DNA of 64,000 bases from Akkermansia muciniphila (lineage in GTDB: Bacteria > Verrucomicrobiota > Verrucomicrobiia > Verrucomicrobiales > V1-33), in contig CALQSQ010000004.1 in NCBI GenBank assembly GCA_943333275.1, positions 9,713 through 73,712 of the forward strand, read 5' to 3'. The stretch's first letter is position 1, and each line of letters opens with the position of its first letter. Below are positions 48,711-58,413 of the stretch, in pieces. The notes beneath the pieces are model-generated. The model was not told the origin of the DNA, searched no databases, and saw nothing but the letters and a program-made list of their open reading frames with translations. Position numbers and translations under genes: made by a program.

Positions 48711-50603
48711 TCAGCTTTCGCAGTTCAATGTGGGCAGCTTTCGCTGCAGGTCAACCTCTTCGCGTTTCAGACGGGTAAGTTCCATCATGGCTTCGGTGAC
48801 CGCGGCAGTCGTCAGGTTGGGAGCCCGCAGGCTTTGGGCGATGAGTGACTGGCGGCGGCGGTTGTTGTCATACTGCAGTCGAAAGAACGCCCCCTGGGCC
48901 GCCTGCACATCATCATTCTTCACGGGAGGATCCTTGAGCAGCCGCGTCACCATGGAAGTTTGCTCTGCAGGCAGGGTGGCCAGGAGATTGCTGAGCGATG
49001 CCTGATCGCCGGGCGTGAAATTTCCCGCCAGCAGAATCTCCAAAATCTGCCCGCCGGGATATCCCTGCCAGGGCCGATCCCCGCTTGAGGCCTGCTCATG
49101 CAGAAACAACAGCGTCTCCTCGTCAGTCATCGCCAGCCTCAACAGATGCCTCAACGCCCAGTTCTCGAGCACGAGTGGAGGTGAGTCCGTCGACGTTGAA
49201 ATCTCCGCGGGGGCCTCCGCCGACTGCTTCCCGGCATAGCGCTCGGCGGTTTCGCGCTTGGTGGCCTGATCACGCTGGACCTTCTTTTGTTCGCGGGCCA
49301 CGAGCAGTCGCAGGTCACTGCCGGGAATGTTCAGCCGTGTGGCGCAGCGATTGATCGCGGTATCCTGGGCGATCTTGTCGGTGAGCAGCATGAGATTTTC
49401 CGCCAGCGCGCCGGAGAGTCGGGATTTCTCCAGGTCCTTGCCGGGCAGCAGGGCCTCGGGGGAAAGGTCGATTTGAAACTCAAAGAAATCCTTGGCTTCC
49501 GCCAGTCGCGCGCGGAATGCATCCGCTCCCTGCGTGCGAATCAGCGAATCCGGATCCTCGCCCGCGGGCAGACTGGCCACGCGGATAAACATCCCCTCCG
49601 GAGCCATGAGTTGGAAACAACGCTTCGCCGCCTTGTAGCCAGCCTGATCCGCATCGAAGCAAAGGACGACCTGCGATGCCGCCCGCTTGAGCATGCGGGC
49701 GTGGTGCTCGGTAAAGGCAGTCCCAAGGGGTGCGACCAAATTTTCCACCCCATGCTCCACTGCGGTGATGAGATCAATCTGTCCCTCGCAGATCACTGCG
49801 CAGTCCGCCTTGGTGATGGCCCGGCGGGTCTGATCCCAGCCATAGAAGACCTGGCTCTTGCTGAAAATGGGCGTTTCCGGGGAGTTGATGTATTTTCCGC
49901 CCTTGGCTTCCGGATCCAAAAGCCGACCGCTGAAGGCAATCACATCACCCTGGTCATTGCGCACTGGAAACATCACCCTATGCCTGAATCGAACGTAGCC
50001 GCCCTGCTCCGGCTGGCCCTCCACGCGCGGAATAAACAGACCGGCTTCAATCAGCGCAGCATCATCGTAACCCTTGCTGCGCGACCATTCCCGCCAAAGC
50101 CCCATGTGATCCGGCGCATAACCCAGCAACCACCGCTTGGCCACATCACTCGTCAGGCCTCGTTTTTTCAAATAATCACGCGCCGCCTGCGCTCCCTCCC
50201 CGCCCTGTTTCAAGAGCAATTGATGCATCCACTTCGCGGCGTCATTGTGAATCTTGATGAGTTTGGTGCGTTGCCGGTAGGCGGATTCCTCACCGGGGTT
50301 CATCGCCTCCTCGACCAGCGTAATATTGGCCCTCCGCGCCAGATGCCGCACCGCATCCACAAAGGGCATGCCCAGATGGTCCCTCACAAAGGAAATGGCA
50401 TCGCCACCCTTGCCGCAACCGAAGCAATAGAAGCTTTGGTTCGACTGATAAACGTTGAACGAAGGCGTTCTCTCTGGATGGAAGGGACACAGGCCCAAGT
50501 GATTGCTCCCTGCTTTTTTCAGCTGAACATACTGGCCAATAAGATCCACGATATCCGTCGCGACGAGGACTTGGCGCAGGGAATCTTCAGCAATGGTGGA
50601 CAC
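48711..50603 (-). CDS. dnaG: DNA primase
   Basis: Zinc-binding CPFHPERTPSF...CFGCGKGGDAISF. TOPRIM domain. Start set at GTG 50603 (VSTIAEDSLRQVLVATDIVDLI), which matches the conserved DnaG N-terminus and avoids overlap with the MBL gene. Confidence 0.85.
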   Translation of the reverse strand: MSTIAEDSLRQVLVATDIVDLIGQYVQLKKAGSNHLGLCPFHPERTPSFNVYQSNQSFYCFGCGKGGDAISFVRDHLGMPFVDAVRHLARRANITLVEEAMNPGEESAYRQRTKLIKIHNDAAKWMHQLLLKQGGEGAQAARDYLKKRGLTSDVAKRWLLGYAPDHMGLWREWSRSKGYDDAALIEAGLFIPRVEGQPEQGGYVRFRHRVMFPVRNDQGDVIAFSGRLLDPEAKGGKYINSPETPIFSKSQVFYGWDQTRRAITKADCAVICEGQIDLITAVEHGVENLVAPLGTAFTEHHARMLKRAASQVVLCFDADQAGYKAAKRCFQLMAPEGMFIRVASLPAGEDPDSLIRTQGADAFRARLAEAKDFFEFQIDLSPEALLPGKDLEKSRLSGALAENLMLLTDKIAQDTAINRCATRLNIPGSDLRLLVAREQKKVQRDQATKRETAERYAGKQSAEAPAEISTSTDSPPLVLENWALRHLLRLAMTDEETLLFLHEQASSGDRPWQGYPGGQILEILLAGNFTPGDQASLSNLLATLPAEQTSMVTRLLKDPPVKNDDVQAAQGAFFRLQYDNNRRRQSLIAQSLRAPNLTTAAVTEAMMELTRLKREEVDLQRKLPTLNCES

Positions 50604-50664
50604 AGTTTGGGAGATGGTAACGCCCAGACATGCCCTCACTCGGTGCTCCCCGCAACCATTCAGT

Positions 50665-51660
50665 CTAGCTCGATTGCTCAAAGGCCAGTCCGAGATCCAA
50701 TTGATCCCTTCCCTCCAACGTCCAGGCCGTCCAACCCCGTTCCCGAAGGTCTCTCGCAAACTCGGCCGCAAAACCATGCGTCGTATAAGTCACTCGCGGC
50801 CGCACCATTTCCACCAGTTTCACTAAATCCGGATAGTCCGCGTGATCGCTGAGCGGAAAGACCTCCTCCGTCCGACTCCGATACCTGGCCCGTGGGTCCA
50901 TCCCCCACCCGCTGATCATCGCCGCGACGAACTGAGACCCCAGAGGACTCGATGCATTGGGTGGGATCACCAGCACATGCCCCTGCGTTTCCCTTTCTTT
51001 CAAAATCCCGTATTCTGGAAATACCACCCCCTGGCTTTCGTAAACCGCACAAATCCTCCCCACCGTTTCATGAACCAAAATCTTGAAACCCCCACCCTGC
51101 AACAATTGCAAAATCTCCTGCGCCTTCCCCAGCGAATATCCCTGCAAAATCGGCACCTGTCCGTTTTCCAAAGCTGCCCGGCACCAACGCACGACCTGTT
51201 CCTGAATGGCGGAGTAGCTTGGAAAAACATACCTCGGCAATCCAAAGGTCGTCTCCATGATCAGTAGATCGGCCGGCTTCACCCGTGGGGCCTCGCAGGT
51301 GGGTGACGATCGAAGTTTGAAATCCCCGGTATAAAGCAGCGTGGCCCCATCCAATAACCGCGTCACATGCACCATGGCAGACCCCAGAATGTGCCCGGCA
51401 GGCTGCAGTTCAATTCGATACCCATCGACCTCATAAGCCTCCCCGAATTCCAATACCACATGCTCCCCCTTCTGCCCGTAGCGCGCCCGCAGCAGCGCCG
51501 ACGTCGCCACGGAACAAATCGCCCTCCCATGCGACGCCACATGATCCGAATGCGCATGGGAGATGACTGCCAGCGGCTTCCCTCGTGTGGGATCCAGCCA
51601 CAGATCGATCTCGGGCAGGTGCAGCTTGGAAATGGGAATGAGCGATGGGTCGGGGTTCAC
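50665..51660 (-). CDS. MBL-fold metallo-hydrolase
   Basis: HxHxDH motif ISHAHSDHV and downstream His/Asp ligands. 331 aa. Confidence 0.6.
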   Translation of the reverse strand: MNPDPSLIPISKLHLPEIDLWLDPTRGKPLAVISHAHSDHVASHGRAICSVATSALLRARYGQKGEHVVLEFGEAYEVDGYRIELQPAGHILGSAMVHVTRLLDGATLLYTGDFKLRSSPTCEAPRVKPADLLIMETTFGLPRYVFPSYSAIQEQVVRWCRAALENGQVPILQGYSLGKAQEILQLLQGGGFKILVHETVGRICAVYESQGVVFPEYGILKERETQGHVLVIPPNASSPLGSQFVAAMISGWGMDPRARYRSRTEEVFPLSDHADYPDLVKLVEMVRPRVTYTTHGFAAEFARDLRERGWTAWTLEGRDQLDLGLAFEQSS

Positions 51661-51867
51661 GTCATCACTCTAGCAAATGAAAATCTTCCCGCCATCAGTT
51701 GTAATGCCCAATCGGGAAGCGGTGAAACGCGCAAGCCAGCCACTTGCGATGGATCGCCAGAATCATGCCGCACCCCGAGCCTCATCCCTAATCCTTCGGG
51801 AACAATTGTTGACCGCTATCCGCTATTTCGATTAAACTTTGGCTTCGCGCCCCTTCCCGCACAATTT

Positions 51868-54294
51868 ATGATTTCAAGAATCCTCCTCCCCTTTACCACC
51901 CTTGCTTGTCTAGGCTGGATCCTATCTCCTAGCACAGCGCTGGCCGCAGCGCCCGCCGCACCCGCTGCCTTCAAAGCCACCGCCATCGCCTATAATTACG
52001 TCGGCCTGTCCTGGGTGGATAGCTCCACGGATGAAGTGGGATTTGAAATAGAATACAAAGTCGGCGCAGGCGCCTATACCATCTACAGCAATGCGGTCCC
52101 TCCCAATTCCACAACCCGACCCGCCGTCGGAACGCTCGCCAATACCTCCTACACCTTCCGGATTCGTGCCTACAATCTAAGCGGGGCTACCCGGGTCTAT
52201 TCGGCCTATAAAGTGTCCAATGCCGTCACGACTCCCGCAGCCACAGCGAAGTTTGGCGCGCCTTCGAATTTTACTGCAACAACGACGACCACGACTTTTG
52301 AGCTGGCTTGGACAGACAACGCGACAGTCGAGGACGGATATGAGGTTCGCCTCAGAACTTCCCTGACCGATCCTTTCGTATCTCTGGGCTGGATTAACGC
52401 CACCTCCGTTGGACTTACAGGTGGCGATCCCGGCACACCCTATTACTTCGAGATCGCAGCTCGCAAGGTAGTGCTGAGCGCGGGAGGGGTGTTGAATGAC
52501 GTATTCTTTTCCACTCCCTCGAACCCTACGGTCACAGCGGTTACCAAGGATGTCATCACCAGTGCTGCCACCACCTCCGGAACGCCTGGAACTCCGTTCA
52601 GTCATACCTTCACGAACACTGCAGGGTCTCCTGTCACCTCCCGCAGCCTTACCAGCGTTCCGGCAAGTTTAAGTTTCACCAGCAGCGCAGGTTCGCTCAC
52701 CGGAACCTATCCACCACCGGGAGATTACACCCTGGCCTACACGGTCAACTTCGCCAATGGCTGGTCCCAAACGCAAAACTTCTCCATTAAAACTGCATCC
52801 ATCACCAGCAGTCTGCCGCAACTTTTCGGCACTCCCGGAGCCGCCTTCAATCACACTTTCACCAACACCGGAGGTTATGCGGTTGCGTCCCGCATCCTCA
52901 CCGGAAAGCCCTCCAGTTTGGAATTAAATGGTGAAACCGGCGAGCTCAGTGGAGTCTGCCCGCCAGCCGGGAGTTATCCCATGGTCTTCACGTTAACCTA
53001 CGACAACGGTTGGCAAATCACCCAAAGCTTTACGCTGCGAATCTATCCGGCCATTGGTGCGCCGCTCGTTGGGTCGACAATTCCGGACTGGACAGCGCTC
53101 GTTGGTGCGTCGCGGGATACGCCGCTCGCCGGAACCTTCACAGATCCAAGCGCCGAATCCGGGGTCCGCATCGCAACCACCAAGGGCGACATTGATGTGA
53201 TCCTCTACAACGGGGCCACCCCCGCCACGGTCACAAATTTCATGAATTATGTGAACCGGGGGGATTACACCAACGTTGTCTTCCACAGGGCCCCGCAAAA
53301 TTTCGTCCTGCAGGGCGGGGCGTTTCGCAGCACTGGCACTGGAAACAACTTCACCGCCGTCCCCAAGGACAGCCCCGTCATCAACGAACCCGGCATCCCC
53401 AATACCCGGGGCACCCTCAGCATGGCCAAACTGGGCGGCAACCCTGACAGTGCCACCAACCAATTTTTCATCAGCATGCAGGACAACCGGAGCATTCTGG
53501 ACGCCCAGAACGGAGGTTTCACCGTGTTCGGTCGCGTCGCCGGCAACGGCATGACCGTGGTCGATGCCATTAACGCCCTTCCAGAACGGACCTACACTGT
53601 CTCCATCATCGAATCCACGCAAACGTCTTTCGACAGCTTTCCCGTGGATGCACCCGCCGCACCTGACATCATGGACCCGGCTACATTTATAAAAATGACC
53701 ACCGTCGCACCCATCCCCACCCTCAATCATTCCATCACCGCCAACACCAATCCATCCGTCGCCACAGCAGCAATTCTCAACGGTCAGCTCCACCTCACCG
53801 GCCTCTCGGGAGGCCAGACGAGCATCACGATCACGGCCACCAATCTGGACAATCTGAGTGCGTCGCAGACGTTCAATGTTCAACTCTCCGACACATATGC
53901 CTCCTGGGCGGCACGCACCGACTTTCCCGGCGGCCAGTCTGCTTCCAGCCAGAATCCGGACGGCGATCCGCTCAACAATTTCCTGGAATACACCTTCCTC
54001 GCCAATCCCACCATCGCCGACTCCGCTCCCGCATTTGGCAGGACCTCCGTTCCGGAAATGACTCTGACCTTTCCGGTGAGAAAATTTGCCCCCGCCCTCA
54101 CCTACACCGTGCAGGCCGCGTCGAATCTCACAGGGCCTTGGTCCGACGTGTGGTCGACCTCTCAAGGATTCGCCCACACCCAGGTCGTCACTGCCACCGA
54201 CCTCCCGGACCGGACTTTCGTCACCATCAGGGACCTTCAGCCGATCACTGCTTCAGGACACCGGTTCATGCAGGTTCGGGTCACGGAATTGTGA
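51868..54294 (+). CDS. Large secreted protein: Fn3-like repeats, repeated Ig-like modules, an embedded cyclophilin-type PPIase domain, and the shared C-terminal module
   Basis: Signal peptide MISRILLPFTTLACLGWILSPSTALA (start 51868). Fn3-like AYNYVGLSWVD...YTFRIRAYN. Cyclophilin core VVFHRAPQNFVLQGGAF...GTLSMAKLG...NQFFISM...GFTVFGRV. C-terminus ...LTYTVQAASNLTGPWSDVWS...GHRFMQVRVTEL. Confidence 0.65.
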   Translation: MISRILLPFTTLACLGWILSPSTALAAAPAAPAAFKATAIAYNYVGLSWVDSSTDEVGFEIEYKVGAGAYTIYSNAVPPNSTTRPAVGTLANTSYTFRIRAYNLSGATRVYSAYKVSNAVTTPAATAKFGAPSNFTATTTTTTFELAWTDNATVEDGYEVRLRTSLTDPFVSLGWINATSVGLTGGDPGTPYYFEIAARKVVLSAGGVLNDVFFSTPSNPTVTAVTKDVITSAATTSGTPGTPFSHTFTNTAGSPVTSRSLTSVPASLSFTSSAGSLTGTYPPPGDYTLAYTVNFANGWSQTQNFSIKTASITSSLPQLFGTPGAAFNHTFTNTGGYAVASRILTGKPSSLELNGETGELSGVCPPAGSYPMVFTLTYDNGWQITQSFTLRIYPAIGAPLVGSTIPDWTALVGASRDTPLAGTFTDPSAESGVRIATTKGDIDVILYNGATPATVTNFMNYVNRGDYTNVVFHRAPQNFVLQGGAFRSTGTGNNFTAVPKDSPVINEPGIPNTRGTLSMAKLGGNPDSATNQFFISMQDNRSILDAQNGGFTVFGRVAGNGMTVVDAINALPERTYTVSIIESTQTSFDSFPVDAPAAPDIMDPATFIKMTTVAPIPTLNHSITANTNPSVATAAILNGQLHLTGLSGGQTSITITATNLDNLSASQTFNVQLSDTYASWAARTDFPGGQSASSQNPDGDPLNNFLEYTFLANPTIADSAPAFGRTSVPEMTLTFPVRKFAPALTYTVQAASNLTGPWSDVWSTSQGFAHTQVVTATDLPDRTFVTIRDLQPITASGHRFMQVRVTEL

Positions 54295-54341
54295 AATGTT
54301 TGCATCTTTTTTGACTCCGCGGAGTTTATGGAAACAACGCC

Positions 54342-57008
54342 ATGAACACTCCGCTTTTCGTCCACAAAATCGCCGCCGCCGCATTGGTGCTCGGAGCCTG
54401 GATGCCCTGCGCCAGCGGCGCTGAGTCGCCCCCGACGACTGAACAGCTCAATTTCTTCGAAAAGAAAATCCGTCCCGTCCTTGTGGAGAAATGCTCCAAG
54501 TGCCACGGCTCTGAAGGCTCGCCCAAGGCCGGCCTGCGACTGGACAGCCGCGATGCCATGCGGCGTGGCGGTGAAAGCGGTCCCGCAATGATCCCAGGCG
54601 ATGCGGAGGGCAGCCTGCTCATGGAGGCCATCCGTTACGGCGATCCAGACACCGCCATGCCACCCAAAAAATCCGGAGGAAAACTACCCGATGCCGTGAT
54701 CGCCGATTTCGAATCCTGGATCAAAATGGGTGCGCCCGATCCGCGTGACAAACCCTCCGATGGATCACCAGAGGTAGCCTCCCAAAAATCGTGGAGCGAT
54801 TATGGCGAAGCCACCAAGTGGTGGTCCTGGCAGCTTCCCCAGCCTCAAGCCGTTCCGGACGTCAAGGATCCCGCCTGGACTTGGAAACCGCTTGATGCCT
54901 TTGTCTCGGCGAACTTTGAAAAGCAGGAGTTGAAACCCGTGGCCGATGCCGATGCCGCGACCTGGATCCGCCGAGCTTATTTCGATATCATCGGCCTGCC
55001 TCCCCGGCCTCAGGAGGTGATCGATTTCGTCAAAGCCTGGCAGACCGATGCCGCCAAGGCCCGCAGCGAAATCGTGGACAAGCTGCTGGACTCCCCGCAA
55101 TACGGCGAGCGCTGGGGCCGCCACTGGCTGGATGTGGCGCGTTTCGCGGAATCCACCGGCAAGGATGTGAACACCGCCTTCCCCCATGCCTGGCGGTATC
55201 GCGATTATGTCATCGCCGCCTTCAACGCCGACAAACCATTCAACACCTTTGTTATCGAACAAATCGCCGGAGACCTGCTGCCCGCCAAAGACTCCGCTCA
55301 GAAAGCCTCTCAAACCATTGCGACCGGTTTCCTCGCCATCGGTTCCAAATCGCTCAACGAACAGAACCCGCGCCAGTTCGCCCTGGATCTGGCGGACGAG
55401 CAGATTGATACCCTCTCCCAGGCCTTTCTGGCCACCACCATTGCCTGTGCGCGCTGCCATGATCATAAGTTTGATCCCATTCCCCAGCGTGAATATTACG
55501 CGCTCGCCGGCATTTTTCTCAGCACCGACACTCGCTATGGCACCGCCAATTCCATCCAGTCGCGACACGGCAGCGAACTCATCGAACTGCCCGCCGATGC
55601 CGGACTCCCCATCGTCGCCAAGGCCATTTCACCGGCAGAGCGTCAGACGCAAATGTCCGAGTTGGAAAAACTCAAGAAGGAACGCGATTCCTTCATCGCC
55701 GATCGTCTGAAGAAACGCAACGAAGGCAGTGTCACCCCCCAGGATCAACAACGCAGACTTTTCGTCATCTCCCGCATCGGCCAATTGGAAACGGCCCTGG
55801 CCGGCATCACCGAATCCGGCGCGGCCAAGAGTCTGAGCATGGGCGTGCAGGACCAGCCCGCCGACCGCAAGCTGGGCGATGATGTGGGTGATTTCATCAA
55901 ACGCCGGATTCAGGAACGGTTCGGGCGCCCCGCCCAGTTTTCGCAAATCTCCAACAGTCCGCTCTATATCCGTGGCGACGCCGACAAACCCGGCGAACGC
56001 GTCCCCCGTGGATTCGTCAGTGTGCTGAGCAAGGGAGATGTGCCGGTCATCAGGGACAAGACCAGCGGGCGATTGGAACTCGCGCAATGGATCACCTCAC
56101 CCGGCAATCCTCTGACCGCCCGCGTCATCGTCAACCGCGCCTGGCATTGGGTCTTCGGCAAGGGCTTGGTGACCAGCGTGGATAATTTCGGAACCACGGG
56201 CAACGAGCCTTCGAATCTGGCGCTGCTGGACTATCTGGCGCTGCATTTTCAAAAGGATCTCAACTGGAGTGTTAAATCGCTCGTCCGTGAATTGGTCCTG
56301 AGCCACACCTACGGTCTGAGTTCGAGATACGATCCCGCCAACTTTCACAACGATCCTGAAAATGCCGCGTGCTGGCGCATGAACCCCCGGAGAATGGATG
56401 CAGAGTGCATTCGCGATGCCATGCTCGCCGTCAGCAGCACGCTCGATCTGCGTCCTCCCGTGGGATCGTCCGTGGCCTTCGCAGGGGATGGCCCCATCGG
56501 TGGACCCCGCCGCAGGTCCATTGGGGAAAAGGGATTCACGGAACCGGAGGGGAATTTCCGATCGATCTATCTTCCCACCGTCCGGGATTTGCTGCCCACG
56601 GTGCTGGATCTGTTCGATGCACCGGATGGCACGCTGGTGACAGGTCGCCGTGAAAGCACCAACACTCCCACCCAGGCACTATTCCTGATGAACAGCGAAT
56701 TCGTCGCGGAGCAGTCGGAGTTGTTTGCCAAGAAATTGCTCAAAGCCATTCCCCCCAGCAGCAAAAATGCCGGATGGGGTGACCAGCTTCCCGAGCGCGT
56801 CCGCTGGGCCTACGCCCTGTGTTTTAGCCGCTGGCCGACGCCCGACGAAATGACGGCCGCGCAGGCGTTTTTCAATCGCTTCCCATCCAAATGGGACGGT
56901 GCCTCCGACCAAAGCCAGGGCATCAAGGATCCCGCGGCTATCCAGGCCGCCTACACCAGCTTCTGTCGCGCCCTCTTCGGAAGCGCTGAATTTCGTCAAC
57001 TCAACTAA
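54342..57008 (+). CDS. PSCyt (planctomycete cytochrome c-like) plus DUF1549 plus DUF1553 protein
   Basis: Signal peptide. CxxCH heme motif CSKCHG near the N-terminus. 888 aa, with the architecture and length typical of the DUF1549/DUF1553 family. Confidence 0.8.
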   Translation: MNTPLFVHKIAAAALVLGAWMPCASGAESPPTTEQLNFFEKKIRPVLVEKCSKCHGSEGSPKAGLRLDSRDAMRRGGESGPAMIPGDAEGSLLMEAIRYGDPDTAMPPKKSGGKLPDAVIADFESWIKMGAPDPRDKPSDGSPEVASQKSWSDYGEATKWWSWQLPQPQAVPDVKDPAWTWKPLDAFVSANFEKQELKPVADADAATWIRRAYFDIIGLPPRPQEVIDFVKAWQTDAAKARSEIVDKLLDSPQYGERWGRHWLDVARFAESTGKDVNTAFPHAWRYRDYVIAAFNADKPFNTFVIEQIAGDLLPAKDSAQKASQTIATGFLAIGSKSLNEQNPRQFALDLADEQIDTLSQAFLATTIACARCHDHKFDPIPQREYYALAGIFLSTDTRYGTANSIQSRHGSELIELPADAGLPIVAKAISPAERQTQMSELEKLKKERDSFIADRLKKRNEGSVTPQDQQRRLFVISRIGQLETALAGITESGAAKSLSMGVQDQPADRKLGDDVGDFIKRRIQERFGRPAQFSQISNSPLYIRGDADKPGERVPRGFVSVLSKGDVPVIRDKTSGRLELAQWITSPGNPLTARVIVNRAWHWVFGKGLVTSVDNFGTTGNEPSNLALLDYLALHFQKDLNWSVKSLVRELVLSHTYGLSSRYDPANFHNDPENAACWRMNPRRMDAECIRDAMLAVSSTLDLRPPVGSSVAFAGDGPIGGPRRRSIGEKGFTEPEGNFRSIYLPTVRDLLPTVLDLFDAPDGTLVTGRRESTNTPTQALFLMNSEFVAEQSELFAKKLLKAIPPSSKNAGWGDQLPERVRWAYALCFSRWPTPDEMTAAQAFFNRFPSKWDGASDQSQGIKDPAAIQAAYTSFCRALFGSAEFRQLN

Positions 57009-57020
57009 CCACCTCTCACC

Positions 57021-58391
57021 ATGAATACCTGTGGCCACATCACCTCGCTGCTGACCCGGCGGGCACTGCTGAAGAATCTCTCCTGCGGCTTCGGCTGGCT
57101 GGCATTTTCCGACCTGGTGGCCCGCGCCGCCACCGGACCGCTGGCTCCCAAACCCACGCACTTCCCCGCCAAGGCCAAACGCGTCATCTTCCTCTGCATG
57201 CGCGGCGGTCCATCGCATGTGGATACGTTCGACTACAAACCAATGCTCACCGCCGACAATGGCAAGGTGGGAAAACGCCCGGGAACCAAGCTGCTGGGTT
57301 CACCCTGGGAATTTAAACAACACGGCAAAAGCGGACTCTGGCTCAGCGAACTCTTCCCGAAACTGGCGGCCCATGCGGACGAACTTTGCCTCCTCCGCTC
57401 CATGCAGACGAACCTCCCTGCGCATCCGCAGGCGGTGATCAACATGCACACTGGCAGTTCACAATTCGTGCGGCCGTCCCTCGGTGCCTGGTCTCTCTAT
57501 GGTCTGGGCACCACCAATGAAAACCTTCCGGGATTCGTCACCATCACCCCGTCCAATGGATTCGGCGGAGCTCAAAACTACGGCAGTTCCTTTCTTCCCG
57601 CCATCTACCAGGGCACCCGCATCGGCTCCGACAACCGCCCCATCGAAGGTGCCCAGTTGAGCAATCTTGAGCCAACCATGAATGCTCAGGCGCAGCGCAC
57701 GGAGTTGGATTTCATTCAAAATCTCAACCAGCAGAAACTCCACAAGGATGGCGTGAATCCTGAGGTGGAGGGCGTGATCCAGAGTTACGAACTGGCCTTT
57801 AAAATGCAGAGCCAGATGCCGCTCGTCATCGATACCGACAAGGAATCCGATGCCACCAAAAAACTCTACGGCATCGATACCGCCGCCACCGCCGACTTCG
57901 GCCGCAAATGTCTCATGGCCCGTCGCATGGTCGAGGCCGGCGTGCGCTTCGTGGAAATCGGCCACGGAAATTGGGATCACCATTTCAACCTCGACAACGC
58001 CATGCGCACCAACTGCGGCGCCATCGACCAGCCCATCGCAGGCCTGCTCACCGATCTCAATCAACGCGGCCTACTCAAGGACACGCTGGTCATCTGGGGC
58101 GGAGAGTTTGGCCGCACCCCCCACGCCCAGGCGGGCAACGGCCGCGACCACAACAACAAGGGCTTCACCATGTGGATGGCGGGCGGCGGAGTCAAAGGCG
58201 GCTTCAGTTATGGCTCGACCGACGACTACGGCTACGAGGCCGTGGAAAAACCCATGCCCATCCACGACTGGCACGCCACTGTTCTGGCGCTGCTGGGTCT
58301 GGATCACGAAAAACTGTCCTTCCCCTACGCCGGACGCGATTTCCGCCTCACGGACACCAAGGGCACAGTGGCGAAGGAGATCATTTCCTGA
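57021..58391 (+). CDS. DUF1501 (sulfatase-like fold) protein with Tat signal
   Basis: Twin-arginine motif TRRALLKN. 456 aa. Invariably partnered with the DUF1549/DUF1553 gene. 12-bp intergenic gap. Confidence 0.8.
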   Translation: MNTCGHITSLLTRRALLKNLSCGFGWLAFSDLVARAATGPLAPKPTHFPAKAKRVIFLCMRGGPSHVDTFDYKPMLTADNGKVGKRPGTKLLGSPWEFKQHGKSGLWLSELFPKLAAHADELCLLRSMQTNLPAHPQAVINMHTGSSQFVRPSLGAWSLYGLGTTNENLPGFVTITPSNGFGGAQNYGSSFLPAIYQGTRIGSDNRPIEGAQLSNLEPTMNAQAQRTELDFIQNLNQQKLHKDGVNPEVEGVIQSYELAFKMQSQMPLVIDTDKESDATKKLYGIDTAATADFGRKCLMARRMVEAGVRFVEIGHGNWDHHFNLDNAMRTNCGAIDQPIAGLLTDLNQRGLLKDTLVIWGGEFGRTPHAQAGNGRDHNNKGFTMWMAGGGVKGGFSYGSTDDYGYEAVEKPMPIHDWHATVLALLGLDHEKLSFPYAGRDFRLTDTKGTVAKEIIS

Positions 58392-58413
58392 TCGGCTAGG
58401 TTTGCCGTCAGGC

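Noticed and set aside
50665-50777. 113-bp overlap between the dnaG and MBL-hydrolase ORFs
   Set aside because: An artefact of the ORF finder taking the longest ORF. The conserved DnaG N-terminus begins at a GTG at 50603, which removes the overlap.
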